DNA from: Pyrobaculum sp.
GTDB lineage: Archaea > Thermoproteota > Thermoprotei > Thermoproteales > Thermoproteaceae
Assembly: GCA_046293555.1 (NCBI GenBank)
Contig: JBKBOT010000005.1
Span: 12,559 to 38,796, forward strand
Direction: 5' to 3'
Length of the DNA stretch: 26,238 nucleotides
The translations under genes and the position numbers were made by a program. How positions within the stretch are numbered: the first letter of the stretch is position 1; each line of letters begins with the position of its first letter. Positions 24,650 through 26,238 of this stretch are shown in pieces. Under the pieces are notes generated by a model, which was not told the origin of the DNA, did not search any database, and saw only the letters and a program-made list of their open reading frames with translations.

Positions 24650-25676
24650 AACGGTATGCCACCTCTTGTATCTTTACCCCATGTTGTCTCACCACAGAGA
24701 CAAGGCGTGGAAACAGCTTGTTTGACATGCCCACATGTTCTGGCGGCGTCATGCCTGGCTCTAGGTCTTTTATTATATAGGCCAGACCTACAGCCACGCT
24801 GCCTGTAGCTATCTGCATGGCGCTCCAGCCGCCTTGAGGTCTTGTCAACACCTCATACCGCACCTCCCTCCCCCCTCCCAGCCCCACCACCCTCATATAT
24901 ACCACATCTGGCACGTCGTATTTAAGCCTCGAGAGGAGCCTCGCCGTTATTAACCTCGGCGGGGGGTCACCCTCTTCAGAAAAGAGGCCCAAGTCGCGGA
25001 GGAGGCGAATCTTCTCTATATGTCCAGGCCACCTCAACGTCTTTTCATACATGTTTCTAACCCTCAGGGTTTTTAACAACGTCCTAAGGCCGTCTGTGTA
25101 GAAAGCCTCCAGAAGGCCTAGAGGCGTCTGTACTAACTCCACCTCGCCGAGGACATCTACTGAAACCACCTCGCCGTCTTTCACCACGCGGGCCGGCCTG
25201 GTATATTCTTCAATCAGGTCCATGGGGCTCCAGGTCACAGAGTACCCCAAAGGCCCTATGGGCCTCTCGGGGATGCCGCCGACGTAAATAGCCAGGGTGT
25301 CCACAGCCCCCAGCTCGGCCACAATTCTGCCCGCCAGGATGTTACTAAGACCTGGCGCCACCCCGGCGTCTGGGACGTACCGAGCGCCACTTGACGCCGC
25401 TACCTCCTGAAGGGCAAGAGGGTCTTCTGGATAGAAAGACACGTCGATAGTGTCCAAGCCCGCTCTTAGAGCCCTCTCGCTGGCTTTAAACCCGATGGAG
25501 CCCGGCAGGGCGTTTATCGCTAGGTCAAAACCGCCGAGAGAGGCCTCCAACGCGTCGCCCACCACGCCTCCTGGACACGGCGTGGACTTATCTACAGAGG
25601 CCACCTCATGTCTAGGAGATAGCGTGAAGTAGATATATCTCCCAATGTGGCCACAGCCAAGCAGCAAAATTCTCAC
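24642..25676 (-). CDS. Saccharopine dehydrogenase / lysine 6-dehydrogenase family protein
   Basis: 'LLGCGHIG', 'INALPG', 'DAGVAPGLSN', 'YVGGIP...PLGY.VTWSP.DLIEEY.RPA', 'EKTLRWPGH'. Confidence 0.9.
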   Translation of the reverse strand: MRILLLGCGHIGRYIYFTLSPRHEVASVDKSTPCPGGVVGDALEASLGGFDLAINALPGSIGFKASERALRAGLDTIDVSFYPEDPLALQEVAASSGARYVPDAGVAPGLSNILAGRIVAELGAVDTLAIYVGGIPERPIGPLGYSVTWSPMDLIEEYTRPARVVKDGEVVSVDVLGEVELVQTPLGLLEAFYTDGLRTLLKTLRVRNMYEKTLRWPGHIEKIRLLRDLGLFSEEGDPPPRLITARLLSRLKYDVPDVVYMRVVGLGGGREVRYEVLTRPQGGWSAMQIATGSVAVGLAYIIKDLEPGMTPPEHVGMSNKLFPRLVSVVRQHGVKIQEVAYRYD

Positions 25677-25760
25677 AAACTAACGGCACTTTGGATTATA
25701 TATACTTACCCACAAGCCGGTAACGGCGTAAGGCATATTTAAACACACGTATTGACCCAC

Positions 25761-26238
25761 GTGGCCACTGTGGTGGTGCCCACATATAACGAGGCTGAGA
25801 ACTTGCCGGAGCTTGTGGAGAGGCTCCACAGGGCTTTGGGCGGCGGGTATGAGGTGGTGGTTGTTGATGACAACAGCCCTGACGGCACGGGGGAGGTGGC
25901 CAGGCGGCTTGGAGAGAGATATCCCGTGAGGGTGGTGGCAAGAGAGAGGCGGCTTGGCCTCTCCACGGCGGTGGTGGAGGGGGCCAGGGCCGCGGGGGGC
26001 GAGGTGGTGGTTGTGATGGATGCGGATTTACAACACCCCCCAGAGCTCGTGCCGGAGCTTATAAGACACGCGAAAAACGGCTGTCTAGCCATCGCCTCGA
26101 GATATGTCAGAGGAGGGGGCATAAGGCGCTGGCCGTTTGTCAGACGGGTTATATCTAGAGGCGCGGTGATGTTGGCAAGGTTGTTACTGCCAGAGGCTAG
26201 GCCAATAAGAGACCCCGTCTCCGGCTTTTTTGCATATA
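25761..26238 (+). CDS. GT2 polyprenol-phosphate glycosyltransferase (DPM1-like), 3'-truncated by window end (absent from ORF track)
   Basis: MATVVVPTYNEAENLPELVERL...VVVDDNSPDGT...GLSTAVVEG...VMDADLQHPPE...ASRYVRGG...DPVSGFFA. Confidence 0.93.
   Translation, partial: MATVVVPTYNEAENLPELVERLHRALGGGYEVVVVDDNSPDGTGEVARRLGERYPVRVVARERRLGLSTAVVEGARAAGGEVVVVMDADLQHPPELVPELIRHAKNGCLAIASRYVRGGGIRRWPFVRRVISRGAVMLARLLLPEARPIRDPVSGFFAY

Noticed and set aside
25681-25727. TAACGGC direct repeat 40 nt apart in a divergent promoter
   Set aside because: Only 7 bp in two copies; could be chance, with no independent support.
25864-25881. TGATGA...CTGA C/D-like pair
   Set aside because: Boxes too close together; explained by the conserved VDDNSPDG motif of GT2.
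1-26238. CRISPR arrays, IS elements, defence islands, rRNA, SRP or RNase P RNA
   Set aside because: No regularly spaced repeats, transposase/integrase motifs or diagnostic RNA signatures were recognised by eye.

Overview
Gene-dense archaeal chromosomal window. Cren7, S6e, aIF5B, archaeal-type TpiA, leaderless TATA promoters, C/D box sRNAs and a tRNA with an acceptor-stem intron point to Thermoproteales, most likely Pyrobaculum (inference). Most of it is housekeeping and metabolism: uppP-like, FAH, tpiA, rps6e, infB, tatA/tatC, carbamate kinase, hisS and a GT2. No mobile element or CRISPR array was seen. The ORF track misses several features: (i) a queE pseudogene with three frameshifts about 4 kb from an intact VUT/YhhQ-type preQ0 transporter, suggesting a switch from synthesis to salvage of the archaeosine precursor; (ii) a sixA pseudogene broken by micro-deletions; (iii) two C/D box guide RNAs, one matching 16S rRNA helix 34 and one matching a tRNA T-arm; (iv) tRNA-Glu(CUC) split by a 19-nt intron at position 3/4, with a splice motif that needs the 5' leader; (v) three small ORFs: Cren7, a 45-aa acidic helical protein, and a 34-aa GatC/AtzG-like peptide coupled to an amidase; (vi) an inverted-repeat operator around the PadR TATA box. 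A SecB-like ORF sits directly after tatC. All family assignments come from motif recognition by eye, not database searches.
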